DNA of 42,647 nt from sequence record SRR20825006_676, one strand, 5' to 3'. The translations under genes were made by a program, and so were the position numbers. Each line of letters begins with the position of its first letter. The stretch's first letter is position 1. The notes below the pieces were generated by a model, which ran no database searches, was not told the origin of the DNA, and saw only the letters and a program-made list of their open reading frames with translations. Shown here piece after piece: positions 8,885 to 20,000 of this stretch.

Positions 8885-9286
8885 CTATCTAGCTACAGTA
8901 AGAACACCATGGAAATTCGCAATTATATAATTGCTTATTGCACCTTCTTCTGCTTCGCATACATCCCACTTAAAGTCACCACCACCAATCAAAACCTGGT
9001 CGCATTCTAACTCATTAGCTGTTTCTACAATAACTTCACCAGGTTTACCAACTTTAACCATTGCTTTTGGGTTAGAAAGCGGTCCGCCAAACTCTTTATA
9101 CAATAACTTTGCCATTTCTACTATCGCAAGCGCATTCTCTTTGCGTTCTTCTGTTTCTGCTACAACTAGAATGGTTACATCTGGTTTATCTTTTAAAACT
9201 GCGCTTAACATACCAGCATGTTGAACGGCTTCTCCTGCAAATTGTGTTCCGTTTGTAGCAATAAGCCAGTTTGATGGTAATTTCAT
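8885..9286 (-). CDS. Universal stress protein
   Basis: LIATNGT at the N-terminus, VGKPGEVIVETANELECDQVLIGG, C-terminal VLTVAR; about 130 aa USP fold. Confidence 0.8.
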   Translation of the reverse strand: MKLPSNWLIATNGTQFAGEAVQHAGMLSAVLKDKPDVTILVVAETEERKENALAIVEMAKLLYKEFGGPLSNPKAMVKVGKPGEVIVETANELECDQVLIGGGDFKWDVCEAEEGAISNYIIANFHGVLTVAR

Positions 9287-9415
9287 AGTTCTCTTCTTGT
9301 TAATAATTTATTCTGTTAAAATCGATTCAAAGTACACTTTCATACTATTTTATAAAACTCAAAATTTCTATAACAAAGCGCTGAATGCATCCTTTAACAT
9401 TCCTATCTTTAGGCA

Positions 9416-10837
9416 ATGAATTTTGAATATAACATACCCGAGACCCATAAAGTTGCTTTTAATACTATTTGTAAAGCAGCAACCGCGATAAACCAACCTG
9501 TTTATGTTGTGGGTGGCTACGTTCGCGATTATTATCTCGATAGACTCAAAGAAACAGCCCCAGACATCGACTTTGTTACAGTGGGTTCTGGAATTAAGTT
9601 AGCGGAAGAGGTTCATCGGCTAATCGAAAACTCACACCTTTCCGTTTTTAAACAATTTGGAACGGCTCAAGTTAAAATTGGAGACTTAGAACTCGAGTTT
9701 GTAGGTGCACGCAAAGAAAGTTATCGAAAAGATTCTCGAAAACCTCTCGTTGAAGATGGCAGTGTAGAAGACGATCAATTAAGAAGAGACCTAACCATCA
9801 ATGCGATGTCATGGTCTTTGAATGAAGGTAATTTTGGAACACTGATCGATCCCTTTAACGGTGTTGAGGATATGAAAAACAAAGTTATCCGCACCCCCAT
9901 TGACCCACTCCAAACTTTTAGCGACGACCCACTTCGCATGATGCGAGCCATCCGTTTTGCAACGCAATTGAACTTTGAAATCGAAGAATCGACTTTTAAA
10001 GCTATTTGTGAAATGGCACCTCGTTTGGATATTATTTCTAAAGAACGGATAATTGTTGAGCTCAATAAAATAATCCTCACTCCAAAGCCTTCTGTTGGCT
10101 TTGCATATTTATTTAAAAGTGGTTTATTGAAACAGTTTTTTCCTCAAATGCACAATTTGTTTGGGGTGAAAGAAGTAAACGGTCATCGCCATAAAGACAA
10201 TTTTTGGCATACGCTACAAGTATTAGACAACGTAGTAAATTTTGGCGGCGATTTATGGCTCCGTTGGGCTGCTATTATGCACGATATTGCGAAACCACCT
10301 ACGCAACGATATCAAGACGGTGTTGGTTGGACTTTTCATGGACACGATGCACTTGGTGCTAAATGGACCAAAGATATTTTTCGACAGCTCGGGTTGCCAT
10401 TAGATGACAGAATGCGCTTTGTTAGAAAACTTGTCCGTCTACACCTTCGCCCTATTGCGTTGGTTTCGGATGAAGTGAGCGATAGCGCTATTCGCCGTTT
10501 AATCTATGAAGCTGGCGACGATATTTTCAAGCTTATGACTCTCTGTAGAGCAGATATTACAAGCAAAAACGAGAATAAAATTGAACGCTTTCTAGCCAAT
10601 TTTGACCTTGTTGAAGAGAAAATTAAAGAAGTCGAAAAGAAAGATCGGGTTCGCAACTGGAAAAACCCAGTAACCGGCGAAGAGATTATGAATGTTTTTG
10701 AGATTGGCCCTAGCAAAGTTATAGGAGAAGTTAAAAACGCCATTAAAGAAGCCATTTTGAACGGCGACATTCAAAACAATCATGACGCTGCTATTGAGTA
10801 CATGAAGGCAAATAAAGAACTCTTTGTTAACAATTAA
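9416..10837 (+). CDS. cca: CCA tRNA nucleotidyltransferase (class II, HD domain)
   Basis: YVVGGYVRD, DID, RRDLTINAM, FSDDPLRMMRAIRF, HD motif (HT...MHDIAKP). Confidence 0.93.
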   Translation: MNFEYNIPETHKVAFNTICKAATAINQPVYVVGGYVRDYYLDRLKETAPDIDFVTVGSGIKLAEEVHRLIENSHLSVFKQFGTAQVKIGDLELEFVGARKESYRKDSRKPLVEDGSVEDDQLRRDLTINAMSWSLNEGNFGTLIDPFNGVEDMKNKVIRTPIDPLQTFSDDPLRMMRAIRFATQLNFEIEESTFKAICEMAPRLDIISKERIIVELNKIILTPKPSVGFAYLFKSGLLKQFFPQMHNLFGVKEVNGHRHKDNFWHTLQVLDNVVNFGGDLWLRWAAIMHDIAKPPTQRYQDGVGWTFHGHDALGAKWTKDIFRQLGLPLDDRMRFVRKLVRLHLRPIALVSDEVSDSAIRRLIYEAGDDIFKLMTLCRADITSKNENKIERFLANFDLVEEKIKEVEKKDRVRNWKNPVTGEEIMNVFEIGPSKVIGEVKNAIKEAILNGDIQNNHDAAIEYMKANKELFVNN

Positions 10838-10851
10838 AACAATCAGCATTA

Positions 10852-11736
10852 GTGATTAAACAACTCTGGATTTCAAATTCTTACGCCAAAATTAACTTGG
10901 GACTCAACGTTCTTGAACGGCAAGAAAATGGATACCACACTATAGAAACGGGTTTTTGTTTCATTGAATGGTCAGACCGTTTTGAAATTACTCCAGCTAG
11001 TCGAAATAGCTTAACGATGAGTAATCCTGACATTCCTGTAGACCACACGAACCTCATTGTGAAAGCAGTAAAATTACTTGAAGAAGAAGCTGGCCTTAAA
11101 GACCGATTTCATATTCACGTTCAAAAGAATATCCCTACAGGAGCTGGTTTAGGTGGTGGAAGTAGTAATGCGGCCACAACACTTAGAATGATTAATAAGA
11201 TTGCGAATCTTGGACTAAGCCAAGATTTTCTTATTGAGCTAGGAACGAAACTAGGAGCCGATGTACCATTCTTTATAAAAGGTGTACCTGGTTTTGCGAC
11301 CGGAACTGGGACTGATATTGAAGAACTCGACATACAGCCAGACGCCCATATTATTACGGTATTCCCTGGAGTCCCTAGTAGTACGCCAGAAGCTTATCAT
11401 AATGTAGAGCCAAACGCTGAACCTGAGTTCTCCCTAAAAGCTCTATTGCAAGATGAAGACATTGAGGAATGGCAATATCTGCTTCAGAATGATTTGGAGC
11501 TCGCTGTCTTCCCAAGGTTGGAAATTGTAGGAAATATTAAAGATCAATGCTACGAATTTGGAGCGAGTTACGCCTCAATGAGCGGAAGCGGTTCCAGTGT
11601 TTTCGGGCTTTTTCAACAAGATTTTGTTGCAATTCATGCTTATGAATCGTTTCATAACCTCGGTTTTATAGCTAACTTAACACGCCCGAAATTTAAACCA
11701 GATTTGGGTATTTATATTAAAGAATCAAATAATTAA
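10852..11736 (+). CDS. ispE: 4-(cytidine 5'-diphospho)-2-C-methyl-D-erythritol kinase
   Basis: AKINLGL, GYH, KNIPTGAGLGGGSSNAA, GADVPFF, MSGSGSSVF; GTG start. Confidence 0.95.
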   Translation: MIKQLWISNSYAKINLGLNVLERQENGYHTIETGFCFIEWSDRFEITPASRNSLTMSNPDIPVDHTNLIVKAVKLLEEEAGLKDRFHIHVQKNIPTGAGLGGGSSNAATTLRMINKIANLGLSQDFLIELGTKLGADVPFFIKGVPGFATGTGTDIEELDIQPDAHIITVFPGVPSSTPEAYHNVEPNAEPEFSLKALLQDEDIEEWQYLLQNDLELAVFPRLEIVGNIKDQCYEFGASYASMSGSGSSVFGLFQQDFVAIHAYESFHNLGFIANLTRPKFKPDLGIYIKESNN

Positions 11737-11805
11737 GCACCCTGAGCTTACAATTTTAGATAGAATGTCTAAAATTCATACTATTTTAAATAAAAAAACA
11801 TCGAG

Positions 11806-14286
11806 ATGAGTAAAAAAACCACTCCAAAATTTAACACTCGTACTGGACTTGATCGCGATTCAATTCGGGAAGACATAAAACTTCATCTACGCCACACACT
11901 TGCAAAAGATGGAAGCTCGCGTACCAACTGGGACAACTACCAAAGTGTTGTACTCACCATTATGGATCGTTTAAACGACAAGTGGCTTACTACACAACAA
12001 GCGTATACCGATCTAGGCGCTAAGCGTGTTTATTATTTGTCCATGGAGTTTCTCATCGGGCGCCTACTCGATAACATGGTTGTAAATTTAGATGTACAAC
12101 AGGAAGTAGCTGATGCCTTAAGCGATGTCGGGCTAAATTATGATGAAATCCGCGACGCAGAATGGGATGCGGGATTAGGTAACGGTGGTCTTGGTCGCCT
12201 TGCAGCTTGCTTTCTAGATTCTATGGCTACGCTTGGTATCCCCGCTATTGGTTACGGCTTGCGCTATGATTATGGAATGTTTTACCAGAAATTTGAAAAT
12301 GGTTTCCAAATTGAAAAACCAGATTTATGGTTACGTTACGGAAACCCTTGGGATACAATTCGCCCAAAAACACAATACTCTGTAGATTTTTACGGCCACC
12401 AAGCCATGTACAACGGTACAGCTAATGGAGATTTAAAGTACAAGTGGGAAGAAACTAAGAAAGTACTCGCTGTTGCGTACGACACTCCTATTCCTGGTTA
12501 TAATAATGGAATTGTAAACAATCTCCGCCTTTGGAAAGCTGAGTCGGATACAGCTTTAGATTTAAAAAGCTTTAATCAAGGCCAGTATATTGAAGCTGTA
12601 AAAGACAATCAGCTTGAGCAGAATATCACCCGAGTACTTTATCCAAACGATAAAGTATTTTTAGGCCAAGAATTACGCTTGAAACAAGAGTATTTCCTTG
12701 TTTCAGCTTCCATGCAGGATATTATCCGTCGCTTCAAAGGTAGCTGTGATGATTGGACGAAATTCCCGGAAAAAGTAGCCATTCAGTGTAACGATACACA
12801 CCCGAATTTGGCGATTCCTGAATTGATGCGCGTATTACTTGATGAAGTGAATATGCCTTGGGATAAAGCTTGGGACATCACCAAAAAAACAATGGCTTAT
12901 ACCAATCACACGCTACTTCCCGAAGCGCTCGAAAAATGGCCTGTCTCATTGGTTAGAAATCTACTCCCACGCCACTTAAATATTATTTATGAAATCAATC
13001 ATCGTTTCATGGATAGCATTAAAGTGAAATACGGAAATGACACCAACAGAATGAGCAGAATGTCGATTGTAAGCGAAGGTGAAAACCCTGTTGTACACAT
13101 GGCGCATTTAGGGATTGTAGGGTCTAAGAAAGTAAATGGTGTTGCCGCTTTACATTCTCGCTTATTGAAAGAATCTATGTTCCGTGATTTCGACGAAATG
13201 TTCCCAGATCGTTTCACAAACAAAACAAATGGGATTACCCCTCGCCGTTGGTTAAAGCAATGTAATCCTGATTTAGCGAGTTTAATTACAAAAAATATTG
13301 GCGATAATTGGATTACCCATCTTGATGATCTAAAGAAATTGATTCCGCTTTCTGAAGAAAAAAAATTCAGCACAGAGTTTGCTAAAATTAAACTCGACAA
13401 TAAGAAAAAGCTTGCTAAATACATCAAAGAAACACGCGACATTGATGTTGACCCAACCTCGATGTTCGATATTCAGATTAAACGTATTCATGAGTATAAA
13501 CGCCAGCTTTTAGCAGCGTTGCATGTTATTACTGTGTATAATCGCTTAAAAGAGAATCCAAGTTTAGACATTGCTCCGCGTACTGTACTTTTTGGTGGAA
13601 AAGCAGCTCCTGGTTATGCCATGGCTAAATTGCACATTAAGCTTATCAACAGCATTGGCGAAAAGATTAACAACGATCCTGAAGTAAGCGATAAACTGAA
13701 ATGTATTTTCCTTGCAAATTACCGCGTTACGATCGCAGAAATGATGATACCAGCGGCCGATCTTTCTGAGCAAATTTCTACTGCAGGGATGGAGGCTTCT
13801 GGAACAGGAAATATGAAACTTGCTCTTAATGGCGCCCTCACTATCGGCACTTTAGATGGCGCAAACGTAGAAATTAAAGAGGAAGTTGGTGACGACAACA
13901 TCTTTATTTTCGGACTTGATGTGGAAGAAGTAGACGAGCTCCGACGCATGGGTTATAACCCATGGGATTATTATAACGCCAACAGCGAGTTGAAAAAGGC
14001 GCTCGACCAGATTCAAACCGGATTCTTTAGTCCAGAAGACCCGCATCTATTCCAACCAATTATTGATGCTATTCTTCACAAAGGTGACTATTTTATGGTT
14101 TTAGCTGATTTTGAAGCTTATTTAAAAGCTCAAGAAGAAGTGGATGCTTTGTATAAAAACTCTTCTGAATGGAATCGTAAAGCTATTCTTAATGTGGCGA
14201 AGATTGGTAAATTTTCCAGCGATCGAACCATTCAAGATTATGCAGATGAAATCTGGGAAGCTAAATCTGTTACTCTTAAAAAGTAA
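11806..14286 (+). CDS. glgP: Glycogen/starch phosphorylase (GT35)
   Basis: YYLSMEFLIGR, GLGNGGLGRLAACFLDS, KRIHEYKRQ and PLP-lysine motif EASGTGNMK. Confidence 0.97.
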   Translation: MSKKTTPKFNTRTGLDRDSIREDIKLHLRHTLAKDGSSRTNWDNYQSVVLTIMDRLNDKWLTTQQAYTDLGAKRVYYLSMEFLIGRLLDNMVVNLDVQQEVADALSDVGLNYDEIRDAEWDAGLGNGGLGRLAACFLDSMATLGIPAIGYGLRYDYGMFYQKFENGFQIEKPDLWLRYGNPWDTIRPKTQYSVDFYGHQAMYNGTANGDLKYKWEETKKVLAVAYDTPIPGYNNGIVNNLRLWKAESDTALDLKSFNQGQYIEAVKDNQLEQNITRVLYPNDKVFLGQELRLKQEYFLVSASMQDIIRRFKGSCDDWTKFPEKVAIQCNDTHPNLAIPELMRVLLDEVNMPWDKAWDITKKTMAYTNHTLLPEALEKWPVSLVRNLLPRHLNIIYEINHRFMDSIKVKYGNDTNRMSRMSIVSEGENPVVHMAHLGIVGSKKVNGVAALHSRLLKESMFRDFDEMFPDRFTNKTNGITPRRWLKQCNPDLASLITKNIGDNWITHLDDLKKLIPLSEEKKFSTEFAKIKLDNKKKLAKYIKETRDIDVDPTSMFDIQIKRIHEYKRQLLAALHVITVYNRLKENPSLDIAPRTVLFGGKAAPGYAMAKLHIKLINSIGEKINNDPEVSDKLKCIFLANYRVTIAEMMIPAADLSEQISTAGMEASGTGNMKLALNGALTIGTLDGANVEIKEEVGDDNIFIFGLDVEEVDELRRMGYNPWDYYNANSELKKALDQIQTGFFSPEDPHLFQPIIDAILHKGDYFMVLADFEAYLKAQEEVDALYKNSSEWNRKAILNVAKIGKFSSDRTIQDYADEIWEAKSVTLKK

Positions 14287-14307
14287 CTTCCAGTACTTAC
14301 AATATTC

Positions 14308-14339
14308 TAGAAAAAGCCAGCTATTGTTGGCTTTTTCTA
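14308..14339 (+). terminator. Rho-independent terminator after glgP
   Basis: AGAAAAAGCCAGC-tatt-GTTGGCTTTTTCT hairpin. Confidence 0.85.
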
Positions 14340-14388
14340 TTTCTACAACTTAGTATTTCAACTAGCACGTTTTACTTCCAGTTATTGG

Positions 14389-14417
14389 CACAAGTTTTTC
14401 TTTATAACCACGCCTAA
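14389..14417 (+). promoter_or_regulatory. Putative autoregulatory ECF promoter (copy 1)
   Basis: CAAG(TTTT)-N16-CGCC upstream of the sigma gene; repeated with identical spacing at 15023-15046. Confidence 0.6.
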
Positions 14418-14434
14418 AAGGTTAAATTAGTTTT

Positions 14435-15016
14435 GTGAGAGAACCACTATTCATACAACAACTCCGAAAGGGCAATAGAGAAGCATTCAATCAATTGGTT
14501 GAGGAGCATAAGGACGGTGTTCTCAATATTTGCTACGGTTTTGTTAAGAATACTGAAGAAGCTGAAGACATCACCCAAGAAGTTTTTGTGGAAGTTTTTA
14601 AAACCATCTCCAAATTCCGGGAAGATTCTTCTTTATTTACATGGATCTATCGCATAGCTGTTTCCCGCTCTTTAGATGCTATTAAAAAGAAGAAGAGTAT
14701 CAAAAGAGCAGCGTTCTTTGAAAAAAGAGTTCAATCCGAAGTTGCAGAGTACGAAATTGAGAATACAGCAAGCGACACTCTGAGTCCCGACTCTGAACTC
14801 GAACAGATTCAACAGCAGCAATTCATACAATTTTCGCTCGCAAAACTAACCGAAAGCCAACGCACTGCATTTGTTTTAAGCCACCAAGATGGGTTGAGCT
14901 ATAAAGAAATCTCAGAGATTATGGGGAAGAGTTTAACCTCCATAGAATCTCTAATTCACCGCTCTAAACAAACACTTAGGAAAATTATGGAGGAAAATTA
15001 CCGTGAGTATTTTTAG
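14435..15016 (+). CDS. ECF RNA polymerase sigma factor
   Basis: Region 2 AEDITQEVFV...LFTWIYRIA; region 4 QRTAFVL...GLSYKEISEIMG...SLIHRSK; GTG start. Confidence 0.93.
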   Translation: MREPLFIQQLRKGNREAFNQLVEEHKDGVLNICYGFVKNTEEAEDITQEVFVEVFKTISKFREDSSLFTWIYRIAVSRSLDAIKKKKSIKRAAFFEKRVQSEVAEYEIENTASDTLSPDSELEQIQQQQFIQFSLAKLTESQRTAFVLSHQDGLSYKEISEIMGKSLTSIESLIHRSKQTLRKIMEENYREYF

Positions 15017-15020
15017 TAAC

Positions 15021-15049
15021 CGCAAGTTTTATTCATTTTCTTCGCCAAA
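15021..15049 (+). promoter_or_regulatory. Putative ECF promoter (copy 2) upstream of the anti-sigma gene
   Basis: CGCAAGTTTT...CGCC with a 16-nt spacer between CAAG and CGCC. Confidence 0.6.
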
Positions 15050-15067
15050 TAATCAGGTTGTAATATC

Positions 15068-15400
15068 ATGACATCAAAAAATAACATACCATCGCATATT
15101 GATGCTTTAATGAAGCAGGCTGGATCGTCATCAAAAATAACGACTAGCAAAAACTTTATGGATAATCTAAATAGTAGGTTAGACGAAGTAGAACAAAAGC
15201 GCACACCTGCTCGTATTTTTAGAATTAACGATTATATAAAATACGCAGCAGTGATCGCTATAGTGATTGTAAACTTGGGAATTTTATTCTCCGTTTCTAC
15301 AGAAAGTACAACTGACACAGCCACCGCAGATACCATTTCTCAGTTTGCTGACGAGTATTTCCCTGAGTACACCGCTTTATTAGATGGAGAAGGACAATGA
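15068..15400 (+). CDS. Putative single-pass anti-sigma factor
   Basis: 110 aa, one TM helix (YAAVIAIVIVNLGILF), located directly after the ECF sigma gene. Confidence 0.7.
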   Translation: MTSKNNIPSHIDALMKQAGSSSKITTSKNFMDNLNSRLDEVEQKRTPARIFRINDYIKYAAVIAIVIVNLGILFSVSTESTTDTATADTISQFADEYFPEYTALLDGEGQ

Positions 15401-15906
15401 ATTTTCTAAAAGAGAATAAATTCGCTGCCATAACTATTACATTACTTGTTATTCTCAATATCGCATTGCTTTCTGTTTTCGCACTTCCAAAGCTAATGCA
15501 CGACTCCCGCGGAAAAGATTACAAGCCTGGAAGTTTTATGGCTGATAAAGTTGGATTAAACCAAACTCAAATGGCACAATACTTCTCTCTTCAAGAGACT
15601 CACCGCGAGAAGATGGATGACCTTCAAAGTCAAATAAACACAAAGCGGAAAGAGCTTTTTGATTTACTAAAAATTGAAGGAAACCACACAGAATTGGTAG
15701 ATTCTATCACTTCTCAAATAGGAACTCTATCGGCTGAAACAGAAGAAACAACTTATAAACACTTTGCAAGTATACGCGCTATTTGCACCCCCGAGCAGTT
15801 AGTAAAGCTTGACAACATCTTGAAAGAAGCGATGCGTAAACGTGGTTTCAGAGAAGATAATAATCCACGCCAACAACGTGAAAGACGTTCTCCTCGTTCT
15901 AATTAA
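15397..15906 (+). CDS. Spy/CpxP-like periplasmic (heavy-metal sensor type) protein
   Basis: N-terminal TM anchor, helical body with GLNQTQ and CTPEQ (LTxxQ-like) motifs; 4-nt overlap with the upstream gene. Confidence 0.8.
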   Translation: MNFLKENKFAAITITLLVILNIALLSVFALPKLMHDSRGKDYKPGSFMADKVGLNQTQMAQYFSLQETHREKMDDLQSQINTKRKELFDLLKIEGNHTELVDSITSQIGTLSAETEETTYKHFASIRAICTPEQLVKLDNILKEAMRKRGFREDNNPRQQRERRSPRSN

Positions 15907-15983
15907 CCTTGATTTGTTCTCTTTTAAGAGACTCCTTTAGTAACGATTTCCAGTATTTTATCTTATAAATGTGAAATTTATTG

Positions 15984-15991
15984 TAGATTTG
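15984..15991 (+). promoter_or_regulatory. Bacteroidota-type -7 promoter element for mscS
   Basis: TAGATTTG matches the TAnnTTTG consensus, 58 nt upstream of the ATG. Confidence 0.5.
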
Positions 15992-16049
15992 CACAACGAT
16001 TTCACTCACTTTTGCATTACTTTAGTAATACTAACACAATTACGACTTT

Positions 16050-16982
16050 ATGCAAGCTGATACAACTGCGCAAAAATTACCCCCTCTTGAGAATTACACA
16101 CCTCAGGAGATTTTCGATTATTTAACTGCTCTGTTTGAAACAACACTTTTCACCATAAAAGAGACACCTATTACTCTCTTTTCGTTGTTTATTTTTGTTC
16201 TATTTCTTGTTGGATTTTCCTTTTTCGCATCATTTGTAAAGCGACTCTTAAACAACAAAATCCTCCCTAAATTTATACATGATAGTGGGCTTAGATACAC
16301 TCTAGCTCGAATGTCGCAATACGTAATCGTAATCATAGGCCTCCTTTTCTCATTTCAATTTTTAGGAATTGATTTAACAGGGCTTGCCGTAATATTTGGG
16401 TTTCTCTCTGTTGGTATTGGTTTTGGACTTCAAAATATCACTTCAAACTTTATCTCAGGATTAATTGTACTCTTTGAGCGACCTATCAGCGTTGGAGATC
16501 GAATAATGGTTAACGGAATTGAAGGGGATATTCATGAAATTAACATTCGCTCAACAACGGTTAAAACCCTTAATAATATTTCAATCATTGTACCTAACTC
16601 AGAGTTCGTATCGAAAGACGTGGTAAATTACTCACACGGTGATTCAACCTTTCGTTTGGTAATAGATGTTGGCGTGAGCTATGGTTCGGATCTGGATACC
16701 GTGATAAAGGCTTTAAACGAAGTTGCTGAAGAACACAAAAGCGTACTCGATTATCCAAAACATGATGTTCATTTGCGTTCTTTTGGCGATTCTTCTTGGA
16801 ATATGAAGTTATTGGTATGGATGGGTGATGTAAAACAGCAGTACCAAGTTATGAATGAGCTTAACCAAGCTATTGTCCGTAAATTTCGTGAGTATGATAT
16901 TGAAATCCCCTTCCCACAACGAGATATCAATTTTAGAAACGCTATTCCTACGGCTAAAGGAGAGAGCGACGACGAGAAATAA
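16050..16982 (+). CDS. mscS: Small-conductance mechanosensitive channel
   Basis: GIGFGLQNITSNFISGLIVLFERPISVGD, IIVPNS, IEIPFPQRD. Confidence 0.93.
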   Translation: MQADTTAQKLPPLENYTPQEIFDYLTALFETTLFTIKETPITLFSLFIFVLFLVGFSFFASFVKRLLNNKILPKFIHDSGLRYTLARMSQYVIVIIGLLFSFQFLGIDLTGLAVIFGFLSVGIGFGLQNITSNFISGLIVLFERPISVGDRIMVNGIEGDIHEINIRSTTVKTLNNISIIVPNSEFVSKDVVNYSHGDSTFRLVIDVGVSYGSDLDTVIKALNEVAEEHKSVLDYPKHDVHLRSFGDSSWNMKLLVWMGDVKQQYQVMNELNQAIVRKFREYDIEIPFPQRDINFRNAIPTAKGESDDEK

Positions 16983-17018
16983 TAAAGGCTACTTACCTTT
17001 TCAAGTAAATAGCCTTTA
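16983..17018. terminator. Hairpin between convergent genes (probable bidirectional terminator)
   Basis: TAAAGGCTACTTAC...GTAAATAGCCTTTA inverted repeat. Confidence 0.65.
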
Positions 17019-17041
17019 AATACACTTCTAGTTAGTTTTTC

Positions 17042-20000
17042 TTAGTTCTTAATTGGAACTACAGGATTGGCAGAACCTTCAATGAAATTATTGTATTCGC
17101 CATCCCAAATCTTTTTTAGGCGTTCTAGCTGAACATCTACTTGAGCCGCCAGTACTTCGTAAACTGCATATTGCTGCTTCGTTGGCTTTCCGTAACCAGT
17201 TTCTACCGTACTAGATAACGACGCTAGTTTATTATTTAGCTTAATTTGATAATTGAGCACATCTTGCCCTGATTCTGCTTTTGTTTGAACTAATGCATTC
17301 TCAATTTCAGACATCGCATCCAGCATCTTCTTCGCTTTTTCTTGAAGTGCTTTATCGCCTTTAGCTTCAGCTGTTATCTTATTAATCTCAGCTCTAACTT
17401 CTCTAATTCTGTTTATGGTTCTATGAGTTGTATCGAGTTTTGCTTTTATAATCGTAACTAATTTGAATTGAGATTCGAAATCAGACTGAGTAACCTCTGT
17501 CAATCTCGGGTTCTTTTTGATTATAAATTTCCGTTCTCCTACAACTTTATCGCCAATGTGTAATTTTACGGTGTAGGTTCCAGGAATGGCACTTGGTCCA
17601 CTTGTATTTCCAGCCCACAGCACTTGTACTCCATTTAAGCGAGTTACCTCTGGATATTGAAGATCCCATACAAATCTATTCAATCCCTTTTCGCTACTTA
17701 CAACATTCGGTCTGGACGTATTTTTTTCTTCATAGAATTTATCCGAAGCCGCTACTTTTTTTCCTTTTTCGTCTTTTTTGCTCGAATATGTTCTAATTGG
17801 ACTTCCAATAGGATCGATTACTTCGATTTTAACTTCTGCTTCCACTTTGTCTTTAAGAGTATAGAAGAAAACTGCGCCGTTATCGGGGTTTTGACCTATT
17901 GAAGGCGCCGTTGTCCAACCTCTTCCACCAAATAAATACGTGTCTTCTGGTTGGAATAGGTAGGTTTCAGCTTGCGCAATTTTATCACTCATTTCATGAA
18001 GTACCGTCAAATCATCCAGTACCCAAAAAGCACGCCCTTGTGTTGCCACAATCAAGTCTTTGTCTCTTTTGTGAACAGCCAAATCTGTAACTGCAACAGG
18101 CGGTAGATTCAATTGCAGATTCTGCCATTGGGCACCATCATCAAAAGAAACATACATTCCTGTTTCGGTCCCTGCATAAAGCAGACCTTTTTTATTCGGA
18201 TCTTCTCGAATTACACGAGTAAAGTCCATGTCAGGAATTCCGTTCGTGATTTTGGTCCAAGACTTTCCGTAGTTGGTAGTTTTGTACAGCATCGGCTGGA
18301 AGTCGTTGAACTTATACCGGGTTGCTGCAAAATACGCTGTTCCAGCATCATGATAAGAGGCATCAATGATGCTAATCATCGTTTCTGGCATTCCTTTTGG
18401 GGTAACATTTTCCCAAGTTTTACCACCATTTCTACTTAAGTGAACAAGACCATCATCAGAGCCAGCCCAAAGCACACCTTTTTGAATAGGAGATTCTGTA
18501 AATGCAAAAATTGTGTTATAGTATTCTACAGAAGTGTCATCTTTGGTGATTGGACCACCTGACTCTTTCTGTTTCGATTTGTCATTTCGAGTTAAATCAG
18601 CACTTATGGTTTCCCAACTCATTCCCTCATCGGTAGAGCGGTGAACGTGCTGAGATGTGGTATAAAGCACATCCGAATCGTGTGGAGATATCATAATTGG
18701 GAACGTCCACTGGAATCTATATTTGAGATCTTCGGCTCCAGCACCCATTGGGTTGTCTGGCCACACATCTACACGATCACTTAGACCGATTTCTGCATCA
18801 AACTTATTCAGATAACCACCATAGCTACCACCGTAGGTAACATTCGGGTTATCAGGATCTGGTGCGATATAACCACTTTCGCCACCCGCAACAGGCCACC
18901 AATCTTTATCGGTAATACCATTGCCACTTGTTCTACTTCTTATAGCAACCGTGCTATTATCTTGCTGAGCTCCGTAAATTAAGTATGGGAACTGATTATC
19001 GGTGGTGACTTGGTAAAATTGAGCCGTAGCCGTCGTGTAATACGAAGACCAACCCTTACCTCCATTATAACTTACTTGCCCACCTCCATCGTCTGCAACA
19101 ATCATTCTTTGCGAATCCGTTGATGAAATCCATAAATCATGATGATCACCATGTGGCGTTCTAATTCTGCTGAAAGTGCTACCTCCATCGGTAGACTTCA
19201 GAAAGCTTACATTCAATACATAAACAACGTCTTCATTTTTAGTATCGGCAATAACTTTACTGTAATACCAAGCTCTTTGGCGAAGGTTTCTATCGGCACT
19301 AATTCGTTTCCAAGTATCACCACCATCTTCAGAGCGGAAAAGACCGCCATTCTCATTCTCTATAATTGCAAAAACTCTTTCTGAGTTTACTGGAGAAACA
19401 GCTACGCCAATCTTCCCTAGCATTCCTTTTGGTAACCCTGGATTTTTTGAAATCTCTTTCCAAGTGTCTCCACCATCGGTGCTTTTAAATAGACCGCCAC
19501 CATTTCCACCACTACTCATTTCCCATGGATTTCTGTAAGCTTCCCAAAGTCCGGCAAACAAAATTCGTGCATTGTTTGGATCGATAGCGATATCTACGGC
19601 GCCAGTTTTATTATCACGGTATAAAACTTTTTTCCAGTTTTTTCCGCCATCAATACTTTTGAAAACACCTCTTTCTGGATTTCCTTCATCACCAAATAAT
19701 TGCCCCATTGCAGCAACCCAAACAATATCCTCATTTGTTGGATGCACTTCGATATCCCCAATAAACTGGCTTTCACCTAATCCAAGGTATGTCCACGTTT
19801 TACCAGCATCAGTCGATTTATACATTCCATCGCCACCACTCATATTTCCGCGAATGTCGGTTTCTCCCATTCCTACATAAATTACATTGGGATCTGAAGG
19901 CGCTACTGTAATGGCTCCAACTGAAGCTGTTTTGAAATATTTGTCAGTTACATTATCCCAAGTATTTCCACCATCGGTAGTTTTGAAAACACCACCACCA

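Noticed and set aside
12999-14353. Short ORFs antisense to or overlapping glgP (and similar ones within cca, ftsK, gdh and the VPS10 gene)
   Set aside because: Nested in well-conserved genes; expected shadow ORFs with no independent motifs.
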